14,734 nt of DNA from Candidatus Subterrananammoxibius californiae (GCA_030586555.1 JAURAC010000050.1:1-14734), one strand, 5' to 3'; counted from the first letter of the stretch, positions 1-7,096 are shown. Numbers and translations are program-made. The notes: generated from the letters alone by a model not told the origin.

Positions 1-2
1 CT

Positions 3-1004
3 CAAGAAAGAGAAATTGCAAACGTCCTGCTGAACTATCCACCTTCCTCCGCTGGCAGGATAATGACCCCCGAGTATGTGGACCTAAAGGAAGATATGGC
101 TGTCTCCGAAGCCCTCGACCATATAAGGAGAACTGCCCCGGATAAGGAAACCATCTACACATGCTACGTGATTGATAAGACGAGAAAGCTCATAGGGGTC
201 GCATCGTTAAAGGATATAATCCTGGCACAACCTCAGCAGAAAACAGAAGAAATAATGAAGGAAATGGTCCATTATGTGAAAACAACGGATGACCAGGAAG
301 TAGTGGCTAACATGTTCCAGAAATATGACCTTCTATCCTTGCCTGTGGTGGATAGTGAAAATCGGCTTGTCGGGATTATCACCGTTGACGACGTGCTTGA
401 CGTCGTTCAAGAAGAAGCTACCGAAGACTTTCTCAAGATGGGCGCCGTACAGTTGACAGAAGAGGAATACCTGAGGACTGGATTTTTCAGACTGGCTGGA
501 AAACGGATTGTATGGCTGGTTGTCCTCCTTATATTAAATTTCTTTACTGCATCCGTTCTTCAAAGCTATGCAGCTCTGATGAGTTCACTCATCGCACTTG
601 CATTCTTCATTCCAATGCTCACCGGCGCTGGAGGCAACACAGGCTCGCAGGCTGCAACGCTGATTATCCGCAGCCTTGCCACTGGAAACTTATCCCTGCG
701 TCACTGGTGGAGGGTATTAGGTCGTGAAATTTTAATGGGCGTCGCTCTGGGTTCCATTCTCTCACTGGTAGCAGGTGGAAGGGTATTTTTTTCTGTACAC
801 GACATCGGAATTGCGGTGGTTGTAGGGGTATCTATCATAGCAGTCATCGTTACTGGTAACCTGGCAGGCGCGCTTCTACCCCTTCTTTTCCGTCTCATCA
901 AACTTGACCCTGCAGTAGTTTCAGCGCCCCTTATAACCTCCATAGTAGATGTAGCAGGGCTTTTTATCTACTTCGAAATTACACGCAGACTCCTTCACAT
1001 TTAG
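3..1004 (+). CDS. mgtE: Magnesium transporter MgtE, 5'-truncated by the window edge
   Basis: Frame is open from base 3 (QEREIANVLLNYPPSSAGRIMTPEY), so the ATG at 63 is internal. CBS pair (LPVVDSENRLVGIITVDD), membrane motifs GGNTGSQ and DPAVVSAPLITSIVD typical of MgtE. Confidence 0.96.
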   Translation, partial: QEREIANVLLNYPPSSAGRIMTPEYVDLKEDMAVSEALDHIRRTAPDKETIYTCYVIDKTRKLIGVASLKDIILAQPQQKTEEIMKEMVHYVKTTDDQEVVANMFQKYDLLSLPVVDSENRLVGIITVDDVLDVVQEEATEDFLKMGAVQLTEEEYLRTGFFRLAGKRIVWLVVLLILNFFTASVLQSYAALMSSLIALAFFIPMLTGAGGNTGSQAATLIIRSLATGNLSLRHWWRVLGREILMGVALGSILSLVAGGRVFFSVHDIGIAVVVGVSIIAVIVTGNLAGALLPLLFRLIKLDPAVVSAPLITSIVDVAGLFIYFEITRRLLHI

Positions 1005-1059
1005 TACATGAACTAAGCCTTCTACTATCTCACGTCCTTAACTTCTAATCTTTTTGTAT

Positions 1060-2484
1060 TTAAGCATCAATTCGATACTTCTCTGCCTTAATGCGACTTT
1101 CAATTTCCCTTCGCCTTTGTTCAAACCCTTTCCGTCCCAATATCGCAAACGCATTAATCTTGCCATCCTCTACCCCTGGTTGGTCAAAGGTATTTACATT
1201 GTATAGTCTTCCAGCATAAGCAGTCTGCAATTCGAGCATATAAAGTAACTGTCCTATGGTGAAAGGTGTAATCTCGGTTAGGGTAACTGTATAGTTAGGG
1301 CGATTGTTCTTGGCTAATGCTAATTTGGTACCGAGCATTTCCGCTTTCATCAGGTCGTTAAGCGTATGTCCTCCGAGGTATTCAAGCTCTACACCCTCAC
1401 CCTTGCCCTCCCTCATCGAGGGGGAGGGTCGGGTAGGGGGGATTGTGATAGTCTGATTAAACTTTTTTGTAGCAAGAAATACTATGACCTTGTCAAATGG
1501 TCCTTCCATATAAAGCTGGAGTTGTGAGTGCTGGTCGGTAACGCCAACAGCCTTGACAGGGGTAGAGCCTGTATAGACCGCTTCATCAGCAAGGTTGTAT
1601 TGTTTCCCAAGGCTTTCAGCCCACAACTGGCAAAACCAGTCCCCCATACTACTCAAGGCATGAGAGTAAGACATCATTACAATAATGTTTTTGCCCTTCT
1701 TTTTATTGCTTATATAATGCAATGCCGCAGTCATTAGCGCAGGGTTTTTATAAATGTCATCAGTTTGGCATATTTTGTCCATACTCGCTGCGCCGGAGAG
1801 GAGGCTCTTTATATCAATTCCACTTACAGCAGCCGATAACAGCCCCACGGGTGAGAGCACGGAAAATCTACCACCTACGCCATCAGGGATTATAAAGCTC
1901 ATAAACCCTTCACGATTGGCTATCTCTCGCAGCACTCCTTTTGACGCATCTATAGTTGCAATAATGTGATTGACCCACCTCTGCCCCACCCTTCGCTTTA
2001 ACATGTCCTTAATAATTAGATACTGCGCCATGGTTTCAACCGTCGTCCCGGACTTTGAGATTACGTTAAAGACCGTTTCCTCAATGTTAATTATATCAAG
2101 AAATCCTTTGAAACGGTCCGGGTCAATATTGTCCATCACAAAGATGCGTGGGCAATGGTTTCTTTCTGCAGGAGAAAGGGCATTATGATATGGATGATTT
2201 AGAGCGCAATGAAGGGCAATATTACCGAGGGCAGAACCTCCGATTCCCAGTACAACAAAATTCTTGAATTCGTTTTTAAGGCTATTTGCCACTTTAATGA
2301 TATTCTCAACGGTCTCCTTTTGATAGGGGAGGTCGAGGAATGGAAGTTTTCCCTGCCGGCGTTCTTCTTTTAATTCCTGGGCATGTTGTTTCGTAAGGTT
2401 GGCGATTGCATCGAGTTCTTTCTCAGTAATTCCGTGTTCCTCGCTGATAATCTCAGCCATCATGTTGGTAAAGTTGATATTCAT
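1060..2484 (-). CDS. pgi: Glucose-6-phosphate isomerase
   Basis: Motifs GIGGSALG, SKSGTTVET, VGGRFSVLS, QLWAESLGK, DQHSQLQ, FDQPGVEDGK; 474 aa. Confidence 0.97.
   Translation of the reverse strand: MNINFTNMMAEIISEEHGITEKELDAIANLTKQHAQELKEERRQGKLPFLDLPYQKETVENIIKVANSLKNEFKNFVVLGIGGSALGNIALHCALNHPYHNALSPAERNHCPRIFVMDNIDPDRFKGFLDIINIEETVFNVISKSGTTVETMAQYLIIKDMLKRRVGQRWVNHIIATIDASKGVLREIANREGFMSFIIPDGVGGRFSVLSPVGLLSAAVSGIDIKSLLSGAASMDKICQTDDIYKNPALMTAALHYISNKKKGKNIIVMMSYSHALSSMGDWFCQLWAESLGKQYNLADEAVYTGSTPVKAVGVTDQHSQLQLYMEGPFDKVIVFLATKKFNQTITIPPTRPSPSMREGKGEGVELEYLGGHTLNDLMKAEMLGTKLALAKNNRPNYTVTLTEITPFTIGQLLYMLELQTAYAGRLYNVNTFDQPGVEDGKINAFAILGRKGFEQRRREIESRIKAEKYRIDA
1394..1439. repeat. C/G-rich double-stem palindromic element located in frame within pgi
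   Basis: ccctcaccc-ttg-ccctccc(tcatcgagg)gggaggg-tc-gggtagggg; read on the minus strand as part of PPTRPSPSMREGKGEGV. Same architecture as the intergenic element at 6392-6436. Confidence 0.8.
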
Positions 2485-2554
2485 AGTAGTTCATGGCTCA
2501 TAGCTCATAGAGTTCATAGCTCATGCAGTACTATCAGCTATGAGCTATCAGCTA
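2481..2554. repeat. Heptamer inverted-repeat array (AGCTCAT-type) filling the pyrophosphorylase-pgi spacer
   Basis: Left units tcatggc/tcatagc/tcataga/tcatagc; right units ctatcag/ctatgag/ctatcag, which are the reverse complement of the left unit. Confidence 0.88.
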
Positions 2555-4018
2555 TTATCCCAATTCTAATCTCCCATTAAATACAATACTCTTTTTTATC
2601 TTTCTTTTTAGTTCTTCTGAATCTAATGCATATAATGGGCTAATTTCAATAACGCCCTTTACATTGTGCTGAGCGTCAAAAGGAACGTTTACCCCAGCCT
2701 CGCTAAGCCATCTACCAAACATATTAATCATGGCTTGTCTTGCAATATCCGGGGAGTCATCTCCTTCCATATTCTTTATAGGAGCAAACTCATCCTTGCG
2801 AACCACTTCCATCACAACGCTCCTTTCAGAGTACTTCATGGCATCAAAGATAAAGGTCTCAAATTTGACCCCACTATTTTCTTCAGGCGTCACAAGCTCT
2901 CCAGAGTTATTTAAAAAGGGAATGCACTTCAATGCCTTATGATATGGTAGTTTAAACCCTCCATTATTTAGTTTCTCCACAAATTCAACGTTGAGTATAT
3001 GTATTGCTATGTTTCCTGTATTGTATCTTAATGACCCGTCTTTATTTCTTTCCTGCAAATCTTCCTCGTTTAATTCACTATACTCAATTACCCCAAGCTT
3101 TCCATCCACATAGCCAAGTATTCCTACCTTTTCTTCCGGCGAGCGTTTAGTAGTGACCTTTGATGACATTTCTGCATGGTCCAAGATATGATAACCAATA
3201 AAAGTAGGGTCAGCAATCTTTATCAGTGCATTATCCACCTGAAAATAGAAGATGTATTCTATCCCACGTTTTTTCATGTTTGCTAAGACTTTTTCCTTCT
3301 TAAGCGCAAGAATCACCCCGCCATGCCCATTTGGACTCATGGCAATATGGCATTTTGCATCCATTATTAGCCGCCCATTTAAATCCGCCACAGGAAGCAT
3401 TCCTTGTGTAAAAAAGATAACATCAGATGGTTTAAGATTAAAGAAGTGGTTATCCTGAAAAAATTTCTTTGTTTGCGTATGATTTGCCTCGCTCGTCATT
3501 ATGTACCACGGAAGTTCTGTCCTGTAACGTTTGATTATGGCTAATATCTTCTCCGCATGTAGCTGAAAGAGACTTTTGCCCGTAATAGGACCAATAGGAA
3601 TACAGCCTTTAGGCACGTCAAACCCTAATCTTGTACCAAGACCACCAGCAACCGTAAGGATGGCAACTTTTCCTTTGCACAGGGCATTTTCGCCAATTGT
3701 CTTTGCCTCGTTGGCAGCCGCTAATTGCGCATCATTTCCTGGTATGGGGATAATATCCGGCGGCTCAATCTTGCCATGTAGGGGCACGTGTCCGCCTGAG
3801 GCGGATGCCCCTACCTTTATATGGTTGGTAATTAACTCCTGGAGAAGGGAGAAATCAATAGAACTAATTTGTCTCAGCAACTTTTTGCGTTGAATATCAG
3901 AGAGCTCACACCACCAGCGGAATATATGGTCCTGTCCACAGTTGAAAATCTTTTCAACGTATGGTAAATCTTTTGGATGCACTTTAATAACTGATGTATT
4001 CTTAATAAGCTTATTCAT
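2555..4018 (-). CDS. UDPGP type 1 family uridylyltransferase, UAP1-like (probable UDP-N-acetylglucosamine pyrophosphorylase)
   Basis: Motifs AGGLGTRLGFDVPKG, SPNGHGG, QVDN, IEYSE, KFETFIFD, EFAPIKN; 487 aa; no GlmU hexapeptide-repeat acetyltransferase domain. Confidence 0.92.
   Translation of the reverse strand: MNKLIKNTSVIKVHPKDLPYVEKIFNCGQDHIFRWWCELSDIQRKKLLRQISSIDFSLLQELITNHIKVGASASGGHVPLHGKIEPPDIIPIPGNDAQLAAANEAKTIGENALCKGKVAILTVAGGLGTRLGFDVPKGCIPIGPITGKSLFQLHAEKILAIIKRYRTELPWYIMTSEANHTQTKKFFQDNHFFNLKPSDVIFFTQGMLPVADLNGRLIMDAKCHIAMSPNGHGGVILALKKEKVLANMKKRGIEYIFYFQVDNALIKIADPTFIGYHILDHAEMSSKVTTKRSPEEKVGILGYVDGKLGVIEYSELNEEDLQERNKDGSLRYNTGNIAIHILNVEFVEKLNNGGFKLPYHKALKCIPFLNNSGELVTPEENSGVKFETFIFDAMKYSERSVVMEVVRKDEFAPIKNMEGDDSPDIARQAMINMFGRWLSEAGVNVPFDAQHNVKGVIEISPLYALDSEELKRKIKKSIVFNGRLELG
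3778..3814. repeat. GTAG-type REP-like palindrome with a second palindrome nested inside it, in frame in the pyrophosphorylase gene
   Basis: gtaggggca (3778-3786) pairs perfectly with tgcccctac (3806-3814); inner tccgcct-g-aggcgga (3791-3805). Encodes VGASASGGHVPL on the minus strand. Confidence 0.85.
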
Positions 4019-4033
4019 ATAAAAACATGCCGC

Positions 4034-4118
4034 AGGCTAAGGAAAAGAGAGGCTGAGGAAAATTTTTTAATCCTTCAGCCTTCGGCTGAGCTCAGTCGAA
4101 GCCTTAAGCCCTCAGCCT
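4034..4118. repeat. AGGCTGAG/CTCAGCCT inverted-repeat element containing a 22-nt palindrome
   Basis: aggctaagg and aggctgagg on the left; ccttcagcc, ccttaagcc and cctcagcct on the right; cttcggctgagctcagtcgaag (4080-4101) is palindromic except for one G-T pair. Confidence 0.82.
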
Positions 4119-4127
4119 ATGTTAAGA

Positions 4128-4157
4128 ATTGTACTCAAGTGGTTATTATCTTTTCAA
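4128..4157 (-). promoter_or_regulatory. Putative sigma70 promoter for the pyrophosphorylase-pgi operon
   Basis: Minus strand TTGAAA-N18-TACAAT. Confidence 0.5.
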
Positions 4158-4177
4158 GGGAAAAAGTATAGTTTTAT

Positions 4178-4206
4178 TTGATGAAAAGGGAAATTTACTG
4201 TATAAT
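4178..4206 (+). promoter_or_regulatory. Putative sigma70 promoter for archease-rtcB
   Basis: TTGATG (4178-4183)-N17-TATAAT (4201-4206). Confidence 0.75.
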
Positions 4207-4217
4207 GCCTTATGGAA

Positions 4218-4245
4218 AGGTAACAGGTGACAGGTAAAAGGAAAC
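4218..4245 (+). repeat. Four tandem heptamers overlapping the archease start
   Basis: AGGTAAC AGGTGAC AGGTAAA AGGAAAC; the GTG start (4227) lies in the second unit. Confidence 0.65.
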
Positions 4246-4754
4246 AGAACAAAAAATACAGGCTAATAAATCATACCGCAGACCTCGGTATAGAGGTCTA
4301 TGGCAAGGAATTGCAAGAACTATTTTCTAATGCCGGATTTGCTCTCTTTGATATTATGACGGATATTTCCAGGGTAAAAGAGACAACCGAAAGGGTTATT
4401 ACCGTAGAGGGAAACGATTTAGAGCAGCTCATGGTCAACTGGCTAAACGACTTACTATACCTGTTCGACGTAGAAGGGCTGCTTTTTAAGAGATTTGAAG
4501 TGCAGGAGGTGGAAAGCAAAAAAGTGATAAGGGACGAGGTGATAGGGCCAAGTGAAGGAAAAATTACAAAAAATTCCTTGACTAACACCTCGCCCCTCGT
4601 CACTCGGCACTATTTAAATGCTCTTATAGCCGGTGAGTGTTACGACCCGAACCGCCATATAATTGAGACTGCCGTTAAGGCTGCAACATATCATCAAATT
4701 CAGGTAGTAAAGGAAAATAGCAAGTGGCGGGCAATGATTATCATTGACCTTTAA
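4227..4754 (+). CDS. Archease (RtcB activator), with an apparent ~30-aa internal insertion
   Basis: Motifs YRLINHTADLG, LMVNWLNDLLY, VKAATYH and C-terminal IIDL; directly upstream of rtcB; GTG start with AAGGT upstream. Confidence 0.93.
   Translation: MTGKRKQNKKYRLINHTADLGIEVYGKELQELFSNAGFALFDIMTDISRVKETTERVITVEGNDLEQLMVNWLNDLLYLFDVEGLLFKRFEVQEVESKKVIRDEVIGPSEGKITKNSLTNTSPLVTRHYLNALIAGECYDPNRHIIETAVKAATYHQIQVVKENSKWRAMIIIDL
4523..4611. repeat. Long inverted repeat in frame within archease
   Basis: agtgataagggacgaggtgatag (4523-4545) pairs with ctaacacctcgcccctcgtcact (4582-4604) at 19 of 23 Watson-Crick positions; inner aaggaa/ttcctt stem; an extra heptamer cggcact follows. Confidence 0.85.
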
Positions 4755-4756
4755 CC

Positions 4757-4845
4757 AGTAGATAGCAAATAGTAGACAGTAGGTAGGAAAAAAGAAATAT
4801 CTATTCCTCTATTACCTGTCTACTACCTACTATCTACTGTCTACT
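4757..4845. repeat. Heptamer inverted-repeat array (AGTAGAC-type) between archease and rtcB
   Basis: Left agtagat agcaaat agtagac agtaggt; right gtctact acctact atctact gtctact; AT-rich loop; ends just before the rtcB Shine-Dalgarno (gagaggggg, 4847-4855). Confidence 0.9.
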
Positions 4846-4860
4846 TGAGAGGGGGTTTTT

Positions 4861-6315
4861 ATGACCGAGCAAACAAATATTCAACTGCAAAAGATAGATG
4901 AATACCGTTGGAAAATCGCAAAAGAAGGCAAGATGAGGGTAGACGGTATTATCTATGCTGATGAGCGAATGATAGAAGAAATTAAGAAGGACAAAAGCTT
5001 AGACCAGGTGGCTAATGTCGCTCACCTTCCAGGCATTGTTAAATATTCCTTAGCTATGCCAGATATCCATTGGGGCTATGGCTTCCCCATAGGGGGAGTC
5101 GCAGCGTTCGATACTGAGGAAGGAATAATCTCACCGGGCGGCGTGGGATACGATATCAACTGCGGCGTAAGGCTTCTTCGCTCAAGACTGTTCCGTGACG
5201 AGGTTTCTAACAATATGAAGAAGCTTGTTAATGCCCTTTTCTATAATATTCCTTCTGGCGTGGGTTCACGTCGAAAGGATTTGAAGTTAGATTTTCAAAG
5301 AGAAAAGCAAGTGCTCTCTAAAGGCGCTGCGTGGGCTGTATCAGAGGGATTTGGTACGCCAAAAGACCTTGAACATATTGAAGAAGGCGGCTGCATAAAA
5401 GGCGCAGACCCAGCAATGGTCTCGGATAAGGCGCTCGAAAGGGGACGCGCTCAACTGGGAACACTTGGTTCTGGCAATCATTTTGTTGAGGTGGGGTATG
5501 TATCAGAGATATATGATAAGCAGTTGGCACTTGCTTTAGGACTGGAACTCGACCAGATTACTGTGGTTGTTCATACAGGCTCCAGGGGACTGGGTTATCA
5601 AATATGCGATGATTATATAAAGGTAATGTTAGATGCGGCAAGGGAGTACGGTATTGAACTTCCTGATAGACAACTTTGCTGTGCCCCACTCAATTCCCCA
5701 CAGGGAAGGGATTACTTTGCAGCCATGGCATGTGCAGCTAACTATGCCTTTACCAATCGTCAATTAATTACCCACTGGGTCAGACAAAGCTTCGAGGAAA
5801 CCTTTCAGATGGACGTGCGCCATTTGCAATTAGACCTCATTTATGACGTCTGCCACAATATTGCCAAATTTGAAACACACGTCGTAAATGGACAGAATAA
5901 GAAGCTTTGCATCCATCGCAAGGGGGCAACAAGGGCTTTTCCGCCCGGGCATCCAGACGTACCAGAGGCGTATCGTACCACAGGCCAGCCTGTGCTCATC
6001 CCGGGAGATATGGGGCGGTGTTCTTACGTACTCGTCGGCACATCAGGTGCATACAAGGAAACATTTGGCAGTTCCTGTCACGGGGCTGGCAGGGTAATGA
6101 GCAGGAATCAAGCGACGAAAGTCGCCAAGGGGAGGCATATTGCAAGGGAGCTTGAGGATTCGGGCATCATTGTGCATGCCGCTTCAAGAGCAACGTTAGT
6201 TGAGGAAATTCCAGAGGCTTATAAAGACGTTACAGAAGTAGTAGATGTTGTACATCATGCAGGCATCGGCAAAAAGGTAGCGCAGTTACGTCCGCTGGGG
6301 GTTATAAAGGGGTAG
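4861..6315 (+). CDS. rtcB: RNA-splicing/repair ligase RtcB, long archaeal/eukaryotic-like type
   Basis: Motifs MPDIHWGYGFPIGG, GVGYDINCG, LGSGNHF, HTGSRG, CHNIAK, HRKGAT, PGDMG, SSCHGAGR, EEIPEAYK; 484 aa. Confidence 0.97.
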   Translation: MTEQTNIQLQKIDEYRWKIAKEGKMRVDGIIYADERMIEEIKKDKSLDQVANVAHLPGIVKYSLAMPDIHWGYGFPIGGVAAFDTEEGIISPGGVGYDINCGVRLLRSRLFRDEVSNNMKKLVNALFYNIPSGVGSRRKDLKLDFQREKQVLSKGAAWAVSEGFGTPKDLEHIEEGGCIKGADPAMVSDKALERGRAQLGTLGSGNHFVEVGYVSEIYDKQLALALGLELDQITVVVHTGSRGLGYQICDDYIKVMLDAAREYGIELPDRQLCCAPLNSPQGRDYFAAMACAANYAFTNRQLITHWVRQSFEETFQMDVRHLQLDLIYDVCHNIAKFETHVVNGQNKKLCIHRKGATRAFPPGHPDVPEAYRTTGQPVLIPGDMGRCSYVLVGTSGAYKETFGSSCHGAGRVMSRNQATKVAKGRHIARELEDSGIIVHAASRATLVEEIPEAYKDVTEVVDVVHHAGIGKKVAQLRPLGVIKG

Positions 6316-6339
6316 AACTTTTTTGGGTTTGCCTCGTTT

Positions 6340-6465
6340 AAGCAACGAGCAATGTAACGAATGGTGAGTCAAGAATTGAGGGTTGAAGACAACCTCCCCT
6401 CAATCCCCTCCTTAGCAAGGAGGGGAAAGGGGCGGTCTAAACCCGTTGCTCATCACTCATTGCTT
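6340..6465. repeat. Composite element: AGCAATG-type heptamer inverted arms enclosing a C/G-rich palindrome
   Basis: Left arm aagcaacgagcaatgtaacg (6340-6359); right arm cgttgctcatcactcattgctt (6444-6465); the palindrome at 6392-6436 lies between them. Confidence 0.7.
6392..6436. repeat. C/G-rich double-stem palindrome between convergent genes; may also act as a terminator or stabilising hairpin
   Basis: acctcccct-caa-tcccctcctt(agc)aaggagggga-a-aggggcggt: perfect 10-bp inner stem and 8/9-bp outer stem; no clean U-tract. Confidence 0.85.
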
Positions 6466-6469
6466 TATA

Positions 6470-7096
6470 TTATCTGCACTTAAAATTCACATCGTTTACC
6501 TTCCAACGAAAGGGAACAGATACCCCTTTTCTACCCCCGCGTTCACAATCCCTTACCCTCACTCTATATGACCCGTCGAGACCTGAAAAATAATAACACC
6601 CATCCTCATCTGTTCGAGTCCTTCTTCTTATTTGCTCTCCCCCCATGTGCCCCCCCTTTAATGTTACGGTCATTCCTTCAAGTGGCTCACCTTTGCGATT
6701 TGTTACACGACCCGACAAGCAACTTGCATAACTTTCAGGGTCACATGGACACGCTGACACTATCGTATAGCTTTCCACTTCCAGTACTTCCATCACTCCC
6801 GTACAGTTTGTAGCTCCTGTGGACCCTATAACGTATGCCTTCTGTCCATAAACGTACAACTCTGAATCACCGCCGGAAAGCTCATAATACTCATAATTAG
6901 AAGTATTATAATTAATACCAGATACCATCCAACAGCCGGGCGTAAATTCCCTGACGGTTCCATAAATTATTGCCTGGGTTCTTGAAGCCGTGGCAGATGC
7001 ACTCGTAACGGTTCCAATTTCAGAAGAAAAAACGTTGTACGAAGTCAGGCTATGCACCATCAACAAGATTCCAGAAATAACCAGAATTCTTTTCAT
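6470..7096 (-). CDS. Secreted Cys-rich protein with C-terminal carboxypeptidase-regulatory/SdrD-B-like beta-sandwich
   Basis: Strong Shine-Dalgarno AAGGAGG; signal peptide MKRILVISGILLMV; 8 Cys; LSGRVTNRKGEPLEGMTVTL...TRTDEDGCYYFSGL pattern. Confidence 0.8.
   Translation of the reverse strand: MKRILVISGILLMVHSLTSYNVFSSEIGTVTSASATASRTQAIIYGTVREFTPGCWMVSGINYNTSNYEYYELSGGDSELYVYGQKAYVIGSTGATNCTGVMEVLEVESYTIVSACPCDPESYASCLSGRVTNRKGEPLEGMTVTLKGGHMGGEQIRRRTRTDEDGCYYFSGLDGSYRVRVRDCERGGRKGVSVPFRWKVNDVNFKCR

Noticed and set aside
1016..1052. Weak 7-8-nt periodicity (…ttct/atct/tcct) between mgtE and pgi
   Set aside because: Too degenerate and lacks an inverted arm; may be a decayed array but cannot be supported. 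No clear terminator either.
2481..4845. Repeat clusters as CRISPR arrays
   Set aside because: Units are 7-8 nt in inverted arms, with no identical 23-47-nt repeats, no unique spacers and no cas genes.
4861..6315. Intein or insertion in RtcB
   Set aside because: Length is normal, the LGSGNHF region is uninterrupted and no intein motifs are present.
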